Origin: an uncultured Bacteroidales bacterium
GTDB taxonomy: Bacteria > Bacteroidota > Bacteroidia > Bacteroidales > CAYFUP01
Direction: 5' to 3'
Assembly (NCBI GenBank): GCA_964346235.1
Contig: CAYFUP010000001.1
Coordinates: forward strand, 5,136 to 69,135
Length of the DNA: 64,000 nucleotides
Shown here in pieces: positions 28,561-38,340 of this stretch. Below the pieces are notes generated by a model. That model was not told where the DNA came from. It was given only the letters and a program-made list of their open reading frames with translations, and ran no database searches. Each line of letters begins with the position of its first letter. Within the stretch, counting starts at the first letter, position 1. The position numbers were made by a program, and so were the translations under genes.

Positions 28561-31500
28561 TTATTGAACTATTAGCTCTTTCACCACCCTGTTTCCCTCA
28601 AAGCTGACCCTGTAGAGGTACATGCCTGAGCTGAGGTTAAACCGGGATTTGTTAATCCTTATCAGATGGTTACCAGCGGGGAAATCCTGATTGATGATGG
28701 TGCCTGCTTTCTCTCCCGTGATATTGAATAATTCAATGATCAGTTGGCCTCCTTCGGGCAATTTCAACGGAATGCTGGTAATGGCATTAAACGGATTCGG
28801 ATAATTATTGCCCACATAAAACTCATTCGCTAAGGAAACGATTTCGGTGGACTCATAATTACCGGATAAATTAACCACTGTTGATCCAAGAGACTTGTAA
28901 CGTTGCTCATATTGCGGATGAAAAGTCACATCCAAGGCGTCGATTGGTTGGTTCAAATCCTTATCCCATGCCTTCAGCACTATTTCATTGTTTTCTGCAA
29001 ACCCGTCTTTTTCTTCTGTATATGGGTCATCCTGACTAACTTTCAAAGTGATCATTCCATTTCCATTATTGAAGTCCCCCCTATCGTATTTCACAATTCC
29101 AACACATACATTGCCGTCAAAGGCAGCCAGTTCATCCCCTTCTTCCAGGTTTACTCCATTGATTTTTGCCCCGGTGATGTAGATGTTCATGTGGTTGTAG
29201 CCATTCCCTGTCCACGAAGGACTGAAGTATTCATAAGATAGATCCGGAACTGATACGGGGCTGGCACTTTTCTTCGTCAAATCCATATACAGGGTCGAGT
29301 TGTATCTCACCCTCAGCTTATACCCTTCTCCAGGTTTCAGACTGTCAATGTTTTCGATGTATCCCACCGGGTAAACGTATTCATAACTGGCCCCTGTCTC
29401 ATCCTGGAGTTTTTGGAAGTTATAGTAATTCTGATATCCATTCAAGGCATCCGATAGCTGTTTTACGGTATCCGACGGATAGCTGATTACATTCCAACCG
29501 GCTTTTATGGGAACCTGGACATTTTCTGCCAATGAGGTTCCTTCCACTTCCAGATGGGTATTATTGCTGACGTTGATGTAATAACCTTCTGTGGTTAGAT
29601 GCACCTGTATCGTATTGACCCACTCCCCGAGGATATTTTCCAGGGCATTTCCCTGCTCATCCTGGACTTTCACCAGGGATCCTTCATCAATAAGTGGCTG
29701 CACAATGTCTCTGATATTTGTATCCAGCGGTTCTAAATAAAAGGACATGATATTCCAGCCTGAATATAGCGGGATGTTTTGATGATAGAGTTCCCTGTAG
29801 ATGAAATTCTTAATATGAGTCAATGAAGTTCTGCCTTTTTCATCGAATGCCCTTACGAAAAGTTTATGCTCCCCATACTCCAGTGTATCCAACTGAACGG
29901 TGAAGGAAGTATCGATGATTTCATCAGGACTGTAAGCAATTTTATAGGCATTGCCCGGACCGGGATCTTCATTAAGGAAATATTCCAGTCGTGTTATTTT
30001 CCTGTTATTATCAGTTCCCTGCATGAAGAAAGGTCTCCGGTATGTCTGACTCCAGTTTCCGCTGGCATCTTTGGTACGGACATACGCGGTATGGATACCG
30101 TTGGAAACTCCGGAAAGATCGATTGTAAAATCATGACTCAACACCGCATCGGAAAGCACAGGGAGACTTATTGCTTTGCCCAAACCGGGATCAGTATCGA
30201 GGAAATATTCGGCAGCTGTTATGTCGGGCCTGTCTAAAGCAGAAACCACCAAAAATGGCATTCTTTGGTTTAAGCTGTAATTCCCGTTAGCATCCTTCCC
30301 TCTCAAATGAAGCATATGAAAACCCGGTTCATAGCCAGTAAGATCCACGGCAAAGTTCATGGTAGCCATGGAATCAGCCGGCAGCATGACCTTCTCCCCC
30401 ATTCCAAATCCGGGGTCGTCATTGATAAAATATTCCAGCTCAACCAGGTTGGGCGGACTGGCAGGTTTGAACACCAACAGGGTTTTGGCCTGGGTGAGAC
30501 TGTATTGGTTGTTTTCATCTTTGGCCCGGAGGTATAATTTATGAATGCCTTCGCTTAAGCCGGTAAGATCGACAGGAACGGTGGTTTCAACCAAAGAATC
30601 GGCAGGGATGACGATACTATTTCCCTGACCTGCACCAGGATCAGTGTCAAAAAAATATTCAATACCGGTGATTTGGGCTGCAGTCTTCATTCCGGCAAAA
30701 AAGAACGTTTTATGATAGGTTTGTGTCATCGCATTGTTTTCATCGATTCCCCTGACCATCAGGTTATGGATGCCGGGACTGATTCCGGATAAGTCCACCA
30801 GAAATTCAGCCTCAATGTTGCTGTCCGGAGATAATAATAACGACTGCGCCGATTCGAAGACCGAATCGTTGTCAAATGTATATTCAATCCTTTCCAGGTT
30901 GGGATATTCCTTATCACCTATGACAAAAAACGGCAAATGCAAAGTCTGGCTGATATTGCCTTTATCATTGTATGCCCTGACAAACAGATGATGCGTTCCG
31001 GGTGCAAGACCTGTCAGATCGACATCAAAACCGAAAGTCAGGTTGGAAGTATCCACCGAAGGTACCTGACTGGATGCCATTCCAGTGCCAGGATCAACAT
31101 CAATGAAATATTCAATTTGGGATATATTGGCATTTTCGGAAGCATCAACTACCATAAAGGGCCGGCTTAGGGTATGGCTAAAATTGGCATTTTCATCTTT
31201 AACCCGTATATAAAGGGTATGAAATCCGGCTTCCAGTCCGGCTATATCAATATTTTGCTTAACATTTACAGAGTCAGCACTGGCCAAAGAGATTTTATTT
31301 GCCTCATCAAAGCCATCATCCATATCAAAAGCATACTCCAGGGATTGAATCGGGGCATATAATTTCTCACCAGTCATCATAAACGGATGTATGGTGGTTT
31401 GCGACCAACGGGAAGAATCATCCTTAAACCGGATGCCAAAATACCGGATTCCTTTATTGGAAGAAGATAAAACCGCATCAAAGTCTATGCTGACGGAGTC

Positions 31501-31641
31501 ATTTGAGGCAATGACAAGCGGGGTCGCATTGCCGTAACCCGGATCGGTATCAATATAATATTCGGCCTGTATGACATTGGGTTGCTGGGAATAAGCGAGT
31601 ATATAAAGTACGGAAAGTAATAATGTTGTAATATACCGCAT
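28561..31641 (-). CDS. Secreted T9SS cargo protein with eight tandem 75-aa modules and a type-A C-terminal sorting domain
   Basis: It has a signal peptide. The EY(F/Y)xDxDPGxG motif occurs at residues 27, 102, 177, 253, 328, 403, 478 and 553. The C-terminus is NYPNPFNAITSIPLKL...GMYLYRVSF...KELIVQ. Confidence 0.85.
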   Translation of the reverse strand: MRYITTLLLSVLYILAYSQQPNVIQAEYYIDTDPGYGNATPLVIASNDSVSIDFDAVLSSSNKGIRYFGIRFKDDSSRWSQTTIHPFMMTGEKLYAPIQSLEYAFDMDDGFDEANKISLASADSVNVKQNIDIAGLEAGFHTLYIRVKDENANFSHTLSRPFMVVDASENANISQIEYFIDVDPGTGMASSQVPSVDTSNLTFGFDVDLTGLAPGTHHLFVRAYNDKGNISQTLHLPFFVIGDKEYPNLERIEYTFDNDSVFESAQSLLLSPDSNIEAEFLVDLSGISPGIHNLMVRGIDENNAMTQTYHKTFFFAGMKTAAQITGIEYFFDTDPGAGQGNSIVIPADSLVETTVPVDLTGLSEGIHKLYLRAKDENNQYSLTQAKTLLVFKPASPPNLVELEYFINDDPGFGMGEKVMLPADSMATMNFAVDLTGYEPGFHMLHLRGKDANGNYSLNQRMPFLVVSALDRPDITAAEYFLDTDPGLGKAISLPVLSDAVLSHDFTIDLSGVSNGIHTAYVRTKDASGNWSQTYRRPFFMQGTDNNRKITRLEYFLNEDPGPGNAYKIAYSPDEIIDTSFTVQLDTLEYGEHKLFVRAFDEKGRTSLTHIKNFIYRELYHQNIPLYSGWNIMSFYLEPLDTNIRDIVQPLIDEGSLVKVQDEQGNALENILGEWVNTIQVHLTTEGYYINVSNNTHLEVEGTSLAENVQVPIKAGWNVISYPSDTVKQLSDALNGYQNYYNFQKLQDETGASYEYVYPVGYIENIDSLKPGEGYKLRVRYNSTLYMDLTKKSASPVSVPDLSYEYFSPSWTGNGYNHMNIYITGAKINGVNLEEGDELAAFDGNVCVGIVKYDRGDFNNGNGMITLKVSQDDPYTEEKDGFAENNEIVLKAWDKDLNQPIDALDVTFHPQYEQRYKSLGSTVVNLSGNYESTEIVSLANEFYVGNNYPNPFNAITSIPLKLPEGGQLIIELFNITGEKAGTIINQDFPAGNHLIRINKSRFNLSSGMYLYRVSFEGNRVVKELIVQ

Positions 31642-31671
31642 GACTGTTTGTTTAAAATTTCATATTATGAC

Positions 31672-32694
31672 CTATTTGTTTGACCGGGCTTTTATGCTAA
31701 TGGACAAGCCTTCCGTTGCCGAGCCGGTTGTGGCTGCATTAAAGAAGTAAACACTGGGAATGTTTGGTATGCCCGACAGTTTGTAAGGTTCCAGACCGCC
31801 ATACATACCGCAGTCTTCTCCGTTTACCCCGGCTCCTTCAGCCACAGAGCCGCCAAGTATCTGCCACTTTCCGTCCGTCGTATTACAAGTTGCACAAGTA
31901 GTATCAAATACCGTGCTCATATCAACGAATTCCTGATTATCTGTACCGGATGGAAAATCCCGGTGACTAATATTATGGCTAAATGTATTGCCTGTGCCGC
32001 GAATGGTGTCATCCACCATGATGTTGTTCTGGACCACGCTGTTATATATTTGTATGTGGCCGTCAATGACATTGTTGATGATTTCAGCGCCGGCGTTGGA
32101 TTCCATTTCGATCGCTAAATAAGTATTGCTGCGATCATTCTTGATAAAATTGTTCTTAATCAGAATATTGGAACTGTTGTTTCGCAGAAAAATACATTCA
32201 TAATCATTCTCTGAATAAATGAAATTCTGAATAACATAAATATCGGATAATCCGTCAACCTGCATATATATTCGTTTTATCCTGTTTCGTTTGACAACAA
32301 TACTATTGTCGAATAAATCCAGTTTGTCTATGGTACAACCCATTATAACACTGCCTGCTGTACCCGTTTCAAAATCAATTTCCGTGATTCTCGCCGGGGC
32401 AATGCTGGCTCCATTGGTATTGTTTTCACCAAGTAAATATCCTGGACCAATAATAACCAATGGTTTATATAAGTTCACACTCCCGTAAGTTCCACCGGCA
32501 CCTTCCAGGTACAAGGTGTCATTGGCCTGTACATAAGAAGAATCAAAAGCGCCCCGTAAAGTATGAAAATCCGCATCCATAGCGGTGTTCTTGTTAACCC
32601 GCCACTTTGCAGAATATCCATTGACAATCATGAAAAATGCCATGCATACAACCTGAAGGATAATGAAAAGTTTTATATTGTTTTTTTTCTTCAT
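31672..32694 (-). CDS. Secreted right-handed parallel beta-helix repeat protein (paralogue 1)
   Basis: 340 aa with a signal peptide. WRVN...DADF...GDT-like N-terminus, repeated NN(F/I)I turns and a conserved C-terminal FDTTCATCNTTDGKWQI...CGMYGG..PY.LSGIPNIP. Confidence 0.7.
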   Translation of the reverse strand: MKKKNNIKLFIILQVVCMAFFMIVNGYSAKWRVNKNTAMDADFHTLRGAFDSSYVQANDTLYLEGAGGTYGSVNLYKPLVIIGPGYLLGENNTNGASIAPARITEIDFETGTAGSVIMGCTIDKLDLFDNSIVVKRNRIKRIYMQVDGLSDIYVIQNFIYSENDYECIFLRNNSSNILIKNNFIKNDRSNTYLAIEMESNAGAEIINNVIDGHIQIYNSVVQNNIMVDDTIRGTGNTFSHNISHRDFPSGTDNQEFVDMSTVFDTTCATCNTTDGKWQILGGSVAEGAGVNGEDCGMYGGLEPYKLSGIPNIPSVYFFNAATTGSATEGLSISIKARSNK

Positions 32695-32778
32695 CAGTGT
32701 AAAGTTTAATTTTCAATTATTCGCTTAAGCTTATAAAGGCTATACCTGTTTTCAGATGACCGCATCATCACACAAGTT

Positions 32779-33804
32779 TTAACGGTTGGACTTAATCTTA
32801 ACTTTCACCGGCAAGCCGGATTCTGCAGTTGCTGTATTCGGCGCATATAAATAAAAGATGGAAGGTATTTCCGGAATCCCTGACAACACATAGGGATTTA
32901 CACCGCCATACATGCCGCAATCCACACTGTCAATTCCAAATCCTGCGGCGGGACCGTCATCAAAGATCTGCAGCTTGCCGTCCGTTGAATAACAAGTCGC
33001 ACAAGTGGTATCGAAGACAGCAGTCAAATCAACATTTACCTGGTTCGGATCAGGATATTTAGAAGTATCTATGGGTTCTTCCCCAAATATATTATTGGAA
33101 ATCTGATTATTAGAACCTGTATAACTTCCCCGCATGAAAATATTATTAGAAAGCACCGATAAACTTACATCCAGGTTGCCTGCAATGACATTGTTTGAGA
33201 CAATGGCCGAAGCTGTTCCATAGGTTTCAATCGCATTATAGGAGGATGATAAATAAGTATCCCTGAGGAGGTTGTTCTGAATAAAGATGTTGTTGCTCCC
33301 ATTGGCAACGTAAATGACATCGCTGTTATATACCTCAATATAATTTTGTATTATCAATACATTGGATACACTGTTTTCTACATCAATTCCATAATTGCTG
33401 ATGTGATTTCTTTTTATCACCACGTCACTGGCAAAAATTTCTATGGAGTTGGTGACTTCAAACCCGGCAAATACGGAACCTTCCGAACCCACTTCAAAAT
33501 CAATGCTGCTAACGGTGGCATTGGACGGATTGGCCTGGGTCTGCGGATTTTCATTTAAATAATAGCCCGTTCCGAAAATATAAAGTTGTTTATAGATATC
33601 CGCACTGCCGTAGTTAATGGCGGAGCCTTCCACAAGGATGGTATCCCCGGGGAGCACATAGGAAGAATCATTGACCTGCTGTAGATTAGTGAAATCTGCA
33701 TCAACATTGGAATTGTTGTTTACCCGCCAGATAGATCCATACAGACTGGAAGTGATAATCAAGAAAACCAGGGTCAAAACTGAGGTGTTGTATAAATATT
33801 TCAT
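32779..33804 (-). CDS. Secreted right-handed parallel beta-helix repeat protein (paralogue 2)
   Basis: 341 aa, collinear with 31672..32694 along its whole length (WRVNNN..DADF, FDTTCATCYSTDGKLQI, CGMYGGVNPYVLSGIPEIP). Confidence 0.7.
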   Translation of the reverse strand: MKYLYNTSVLTLVFLIITSSLYGSIWRVNNNSNVDADFTNLQQVNDSSYVLPGDTILVEGSAINYGSADIYKQLYIFGTGYYLNENPQTQANPSNATVSSIDFEVGSEGSVFAGFEVTNSIEIFASDVVIKRNHISNYGIDVENSVSNVLIIQNYIEVYNSDVIYVANGSNNIFIQNNLLRDTYLSSSYNAIETYGTASAIVSNNVIAGNLDVSLSVLSNNIFMRGSYTGSNNQISNNIFGEEPIDTSKYPDPNQVNVDLTAVFDTTCATCYSTDGKLQIFDDGPAAGFGIDSVDCGMYGGVNPYVLSGIPEIPSIFYLYAPNTATAESGLPVKVKIKSNR

Positions 33805-33997
33805 GATTAAAGCTTTTAAGTGTTAAATTCAAAATATTTTTGTTGCAAGTTACGGAAAAAGATATATAAATTCCAGACTTGATGATATCAATTAATTCTT
33901 AATTACTTATTAAATGAATATATAATGAATTTCTGTTTATGAACAGGTTAACCCTGAAGAAAGACAGATTTATCTGCAGTTTTTAAATAAGGGTATA

Positions 33998-34017
33998 AAT
34001 AGTGGCACTTAGAAAAC
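33998..34017. repeat. Solo copy of the R1 terminal motif (aaatagtggcacttagaaaac)
   Basis: It matches the left end of R1 (aaatagtggctctaagaaaac) with small differences. No partner arm lies nearby. Confidence 0.4.
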
Positions 34018-34169
34018 TAAAAAGCAGCATGTCTGTCTGCCGCCGGTAAAGTTATAAACACTTTTTACCTCCAAAAAATATCAAGTTCTTTTTTTATGTT
34101 CTAGACCGGAACTCGGGCGAATGTAGGGTTGATATTGATTTAACAGATTGGATAAATGATGTGCGTTTT

Positions 34170-37127
34170 TTAAAAATCCCTGTCATACCAGCTTTCCCTG
34201 GGTTTGTCATATTTAAGATCCTGCAGCAGAGAGGCCTTAGCGCTGATGGTAAAGCCGTAGCTGCGCATTCTTCCAAAAGGTATAAAATAGAAGTTCATTT
34301 GCCAGCAATGCAAATCCCTGTAAATGTTAACCCGGGTATAGGTTAACTCCCGATTATCAAAATCATAGCCGGAACTGAAGTTGATTTTCCAATTCTTCGT
34401 TAAACTGACGTTTCCGTTAAAACTTAATGTCTGGGTAATCCTTGATTCTTCATAGTTCTTCCGGTAATTCAGATTATAGTTAAATCCAAAACTCCATGGC
34501 ACATTGAAATATCCGTATACCGGACCGGTCTCTGCTGCCTCTTCTGATTCCTCCTCGCCTTCTCCGCCTCCAAAAGTGTTGTTAAACGATGACCCCATGG
34601 AGATGGAAGCCCGGGTGATCCGCAACAACTTATCCGAGTCCTCCCAAACATACCTGTCAACCTCACTAAAACCATTCTCGGTCCTGACATAATCATACAT
34701 ATCGCCTGTTGCCGATAACCGGATGCTTAATTTCCGGTTAAAGAGATTCGTATTGGCACTCATTGAGACAGGTGCCCAACGCATAGAGTCCTTAAAGAAA
34801 TTATAATTCGTACTCATGTTCAGGTTATCGATAATTTTCACTTTCTTCACTTCAGCAGCCGTATCGCTTTTAGGTTTTAACTTCATCTCCAGGTTGTTTC
34901 TCAGGCTAAGACTAAGGGATGCATTTCTCCGGCTGTAATTCGGAACATTGTATAATTCCTGTTCGTACCTGCTGTATGTCTGGATTCTTCCGTTGCTCTG
35001 GTTTAAAACGGTATCCCGGTAACTTTTAACGAAATCCGACATATTCGGAATGAAATTGATGCTGGCAGAAGGATCAATCACATGACGGATGGCATTAATC
35101 CTGAAATCCTCCCTGAAACTGTACATCCCGTAAAGGGTGGGATTAGCCGAAACAGATGCGGATGGGGCATAAGTGTGGGCATAACTTATTTTTTCCTTTC
35201 GCTCTGTAACAACGCTTCCATATATATCACCCTCATTATCAACCGAATCAGTCACCCATTTCTTTTCCGTTTGATGGGTAAATAAACGACCATAATAATT
35301 GACGGAGGGTGAGAAATTAAAAATTCTTAAAAATTTAAAATTAACGCTCATGGGAATATCATGACGAAACCCGGATTTCACATCTTCAAATTCGAAATGA
35401 TTAAACAACAATGAATCTCTGGTTTGCATCCGGTTTTTCATGTTGGCCCGGTAAGATACCTGTATTCGCTGATACCATTTGTCGCCACCTGTTTCACCCA
35501 AATTTTTAAAAGGATACTGGGTATTCATATTGAAGGATACATCGGGAAGGGTAAAATCCACGGACTCATTGAGACTGTTCTGGGAGTGTCTCAAGTTAGC
35601 CGACAGGTTAAACGGTCGACCCGGCCAGGATCTGCTGTAATTGACGCTGGATGACTTTGTGTTACGGAGATGATTATCAGGATTACGGGTATGATTCCGA
35701 TCATACGTCTGCGTACTGAAATTGACATTAGCCGAAAAACGCTGATTCGGATTGGCTTTGCTCGACTGGGCATGCGACCAGGTAATTGATAAGTCGTTGC
35801 TCCTGTTGAAATCATCTGGAATATCACGATCTCCGGTGGCATTGGAAAAATAATTGATGTTCAAACCGCCATTAAATTTGTATCTGACCAGGTAGTTATA
35901 ATCTGCACTAATTCCCCATGTACCTTTGGAAAAAACGCTTCCCCTCAGTTCCAGATCCATATAATCATTGATGGCAAAATAGTATCCGCCATTTCTCAGG
36001 AAAAAGCCCCTGTTTTGTTCCTCGCCATACTCAGGAACAAGCAATCCCGAAGAGTGCTTCTTTGTATTGGGAAAAAAACCAAACGGTATAAAAGGAAAAT
36101 AAAGGGGGACATCCTCGATCACGAGGTAGGCCCTGCCGGAAACTATTTTGTCATTGGGTATCACTTTGGCCTTGGTCAGTGCAATATAAAAGTGCGGATG
36201 CTTTTTGTTGCAGGTGGTGAATTTACCCCCGCTCAAATGTATTTCTTTGTTGGAATGCCTTTTTGTTTTCTCGCTGTGTAAATACCCCTCAGGCTGCTCT
36301 GTGATAATCTCCTTAATGATTCCGTTTTTTGTTTCAAAATTATAGCGCATTTCCCTGGCCCTGAATTCATCGCCCCCATCCTTGAAATGAGGTTCTCCGG
36401 CCATTTCCCCGGTGCTGTCGGGCAAACCTTTGGCAAACACCTCGTTGGTTTCCATATTGAACTCAATATAATCCGCTTTTAATTCCATGTCTCCATAAAT
36501 AATCACTGCATCTCCATATAGATAAGTCTTATCTTCTACCATGGAAAAGATCAGGGAATCTTCGGCAGAATAATCGATTGGATATTGCAATGACTCTTCC
36601 TTCCCGGCAGTATCGGCAGCAAGGCTATCATGAGAAGCGGAATCCGAGGCAAAGGATTGAAAGGCGGAGGTATCTGCCAAAGCAGAATCTGATGCGTAGT
36701 AATAGCTGGAAGCTGTGTCTGCTGAGGTTGAATCTGATCCGTTAGCATAGCTGGAAGCTGTGTCTGCTGAGGTTGAATCTGATCCGTTAGCATAGCTGGA
36801 AGCTGCGTCTGCTGAGGTTGAATCTGATCCGTTAGCATAGCTGGAAGCTTCGTCTGCTGGGGCTGAACCTGATCCGTTAGCATAGCTGGAAGCTGCGTCT
36901 GCTGGGGCTGAACCTGATCCGTTAGCATAGCTGGAAGATGCGTCTGCTGGGGCTGAACCTGCCCGAATACTGAGCGCACCAACAATAACATTCTCATCAG
37001 AAAAAAATAAATTCTCTGTGAAAACGTTCAATAATGTTTTCCTGTCTGGTTTATTAGAAAAAACTAAATTGTTAATAACTACCAAAAACAAGAGGATAAA
37101 AACAAATCTGATGAATTTCAAATACAA
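34170..37127 (-). CDS. lptD: LptD/OstA-like outer-membrane LPS-assembly protein with an N-terminal tandem-repeat insertion
   Basis: 985 aa with an apparent TTG start and a signal-like N-terminus. There is an OstA-like segment (GDMELKADYIEFNMETNEVFAKG ... HFYIALTKAKV) followed by ~600 aa rich in aromatic/Gly/Asn beta-barrel-type sequence. This is assigned from memory of the Bacteroidota LptD family. Confidence 0.65.
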   Translation of the reverse strand: MYLKFIRFVFILLFLVVINNLVFSNKPDRKTLLNVFTENLFFSDENVIVGALSIRAGSAPADASSSYANGSGSAPADAASSYANGSGSAPADEASSYANGSDSTSADAASSYANGSDSTSADTASSYANGSDSTSADTASSYYYASDSALADTSAFQSFASDSASHDSLAADTAGKEESLQYPIDYSAEDSLIFSMVEDKTYLYGDAVIIYGDMELKADYIEFNMETNEVFAKGLPDSTGEMAGEPHFKDGGDEFRAREMRYNFETKNGIIKEIITEQPEGYLHSEKTKRHSNKEIHLSGGKFTTCNKKHPHFYIALTKAKVIPNDKIVSGRAYLVIEDVPLYFPFIPFGFFPNTKKHSSGLLVPEYGEEQNRGFFLRNGGYYFAINDYMDLELRGSVFSKGTWGISADYNYLVRYKFNGGLNINYFSNATGDRDIPDDFNRSNDLSITWSHAQSSKANPNQRFSANVNFSTQTYDRNHTRNPDNHLRNTKSSSVNYSRSWPGRPFNLSANLRHSQNSLNESVDFTLPDVSFNMNTQYPFKNLGETGGDKWYQRIQVSYRANMKNRMQTRDSLLFNHFEFEDVKSGFRHDIPMSVNFKFLRIFNFSPSVNYYGRLFTHQTEKKWVTDSVDNEGDIYGSVVTERKEKISYAHTYAPSASVSANPTLYGMYSFREDFRINAIRHVIDPSASINFIPNMSDFVKSYRDTVLNQSNGRIQTYSRYEQELYNVPNYSRRNASLSLSLRNNLEMKLKPKSDTAAEVKKVKIIDNLNMSTNYNFFKDSMRWAPVSMSANTNLFNRKLSIRLSATGDMYDYVRTENGFSEVDRYVWEDSDKLLRITRASISMGSSFNNTFGGGEGEEESEEAAETGPVYGYFNVPWSFGFNYNLNYRKNYEESRITQTLSFNGNVSLTKNWKINFSSGYDFDNRELTYTRVNIYRDLHCWQMNFYFIPFGRMRSYGFTISAKASLLQDLKYDKPRESWYDRDF
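36704..36962. repeat. 45-bp tandem repeat, ~5.7 units, inside the LptD-like CDS
   Basis: The unit is agctggaagctgtgtctgctgaggttgaatctgatccgttagcat. It encodes (GS[GD]S[AT][PS]AD[AET]ASSYAN)n. Confidence 0.9.
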
Positions 37128-37205
37128 CTTTTATATTTTATTTTTGTATCATACAGGTAAAAAAAGAACCTTCAAAACTATTAAAAATTAAAACAGCAAT
37201 CACCG

Positions 37206-38315
37206 ATGGTAAATAAATTAATAACCAAGATTATTAAATATCATGTACCATATCTTACGGTAATTTTATTTATTTATTGTACGTGCCATGCTGTTAATGC
37301 GCAGGATGAGGGTCATAAACTTAACAAGGTAGTCATTGATGCAGGCCATGGAGGAAAAGATTCAGGTGCCAGGGGTTCAAAATCCATGGAAAAAGACATT
37401 GTGCTATCTATTAGTCTGAAGGTTGGCCAATACATTGAGAAATACCTTCCGGACGTAGAAGTCCTATATACCCGCACGGAAGATGTGTTTGTCCCGTTGC
37501 ATGAGCGGGCTGAAATCGCCAATAAAAACAATGCGGATTTGTTTATTTCCATTCATGCCAATGCAAATCCCAGTTCCAGGCCATACGGTACAGAAACCTA
37601 TGCCATGGGATTGCATAAATCGGATGAAAACTTGAGGGTAGCGCAACTTGAGAATTCAGCCATTTTATATGAAGAAAATTATGATTCCACTTATGGAGGG
37701 TTTGAACCCAATTCCGCCGAATCCTACATAATCTTCTCTTTAATGCAAAATACATTCCTTGATCAAAGCCTGAATTTTGCTTCCTATGTGCAACACCAAT
37801 TCCGGGAACGGGTTAACCGTAAGGATCGGGGTGTAAAACAGGCAGGGTTCCTGGTGCTATGGAAAACCACCATGCCCAGCGTATTGTTGGAAACGGGATT
37901 TATCAGCAACCCCAGGGAAGAAAAATTCCTAATGTCCGAACAAGGACAGGATTATCTGGCATCGGCAATATTCAGGGCATTCAGGGATTACAAAGAATGG
38001 TATGATGAAAAAAATAAACTGCCTGAGCCCGCCGAGAAGCCGCAGATGACTTCGAACGAAATAGAATTCAAAGTACAGGTTTTCTCTTCACATAAACAAA
38101 TTCCATTAAATTCACAACATTTTAAGGGCCTTGAAAATGTAGAAGAAATAAAAACTTCCGGGTTATATAAATATGCGGTTGGAGAAGCCAATAACTATGA
38201 AGAAATTATTGAAGTGAAGGAATCAGTTCGCGAAGAATTCCCGGGTGCCTTTATTATTGCCCTGAGAAATGGAAAAATCATATCTTTGGACGAAGCTTTA
38301 AGTCAGAAAAAATAG
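37206..38315 (+). CDS. N-acetylmuramoyl-L-alanine amidase (Amidase_3) with C-terminal SPOR-like domain
   Basis: VVIDAGHGGKDSGA, SIHANA and GFL.....PSVLLE.GF.SN motifs. The C-terminal ~80 aa is F.VQV.S......YKY.VG.......A, which is SPOR-like. Confidence 0.85.
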   Translation: MVNKLITKIIKYHVPYLTVILFIYCTCHAVNAQDEGHKLNKVVIDAGHGGKDSGARGSKSMEKDIVLSISLKVGQYIEKYLPDVEVLYTRTEDVFVPLHERAEIANKNNADLFISIHANANPSSRPYGTETYAMGLHKSDENLRVAQLENSAILYEENYDSTYGGFEPNSAESYIIFSLMQNTFLDQSLNFASYVQHQFRERVNRKDRGVKQAGFLVLWKTTMPSVLLETGFISNPREEKFLMSEQGQDYLASAIFRAFRDYKEWYDEKNKLPEPAEKPQMTSNEIEFKVQVFSSHKQIPLNSQHFKGLENVEEIKTSGLYKYAVGEANNYEEIIEVKESVREEFPGAFIIALRNGKIISLDEALSQKK

Positions 38316-38340
38316 TCAGAAAAAATAATACCTGCATCAC

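Noticed and set aside
31672-33804. Idea that the beta-helix paralogues next to the cold-shock cluster are ice-binding/antifreeze proteins
   Set aside because: The repeats look like pectate-lyase-type PbH1 turns (NNxI) rather than the T-x-T/N flat arrays or DUF3494 pattern of bacterial ice-binding proteins. The proximity to cold genes is separated by an unrelated gene and a convergent boundary.
36551-36997. 148-aa minus-strand ORF with striking QPQQTQLPAMLTDQ(I/V) repeats
   Set aside because: It is an alternative frame of the 45-bp tandem repeat inside the LptD-like CDS. The repeat keeps any frame open, and the LptD frame continues into a conserved domain whereas this one does not.
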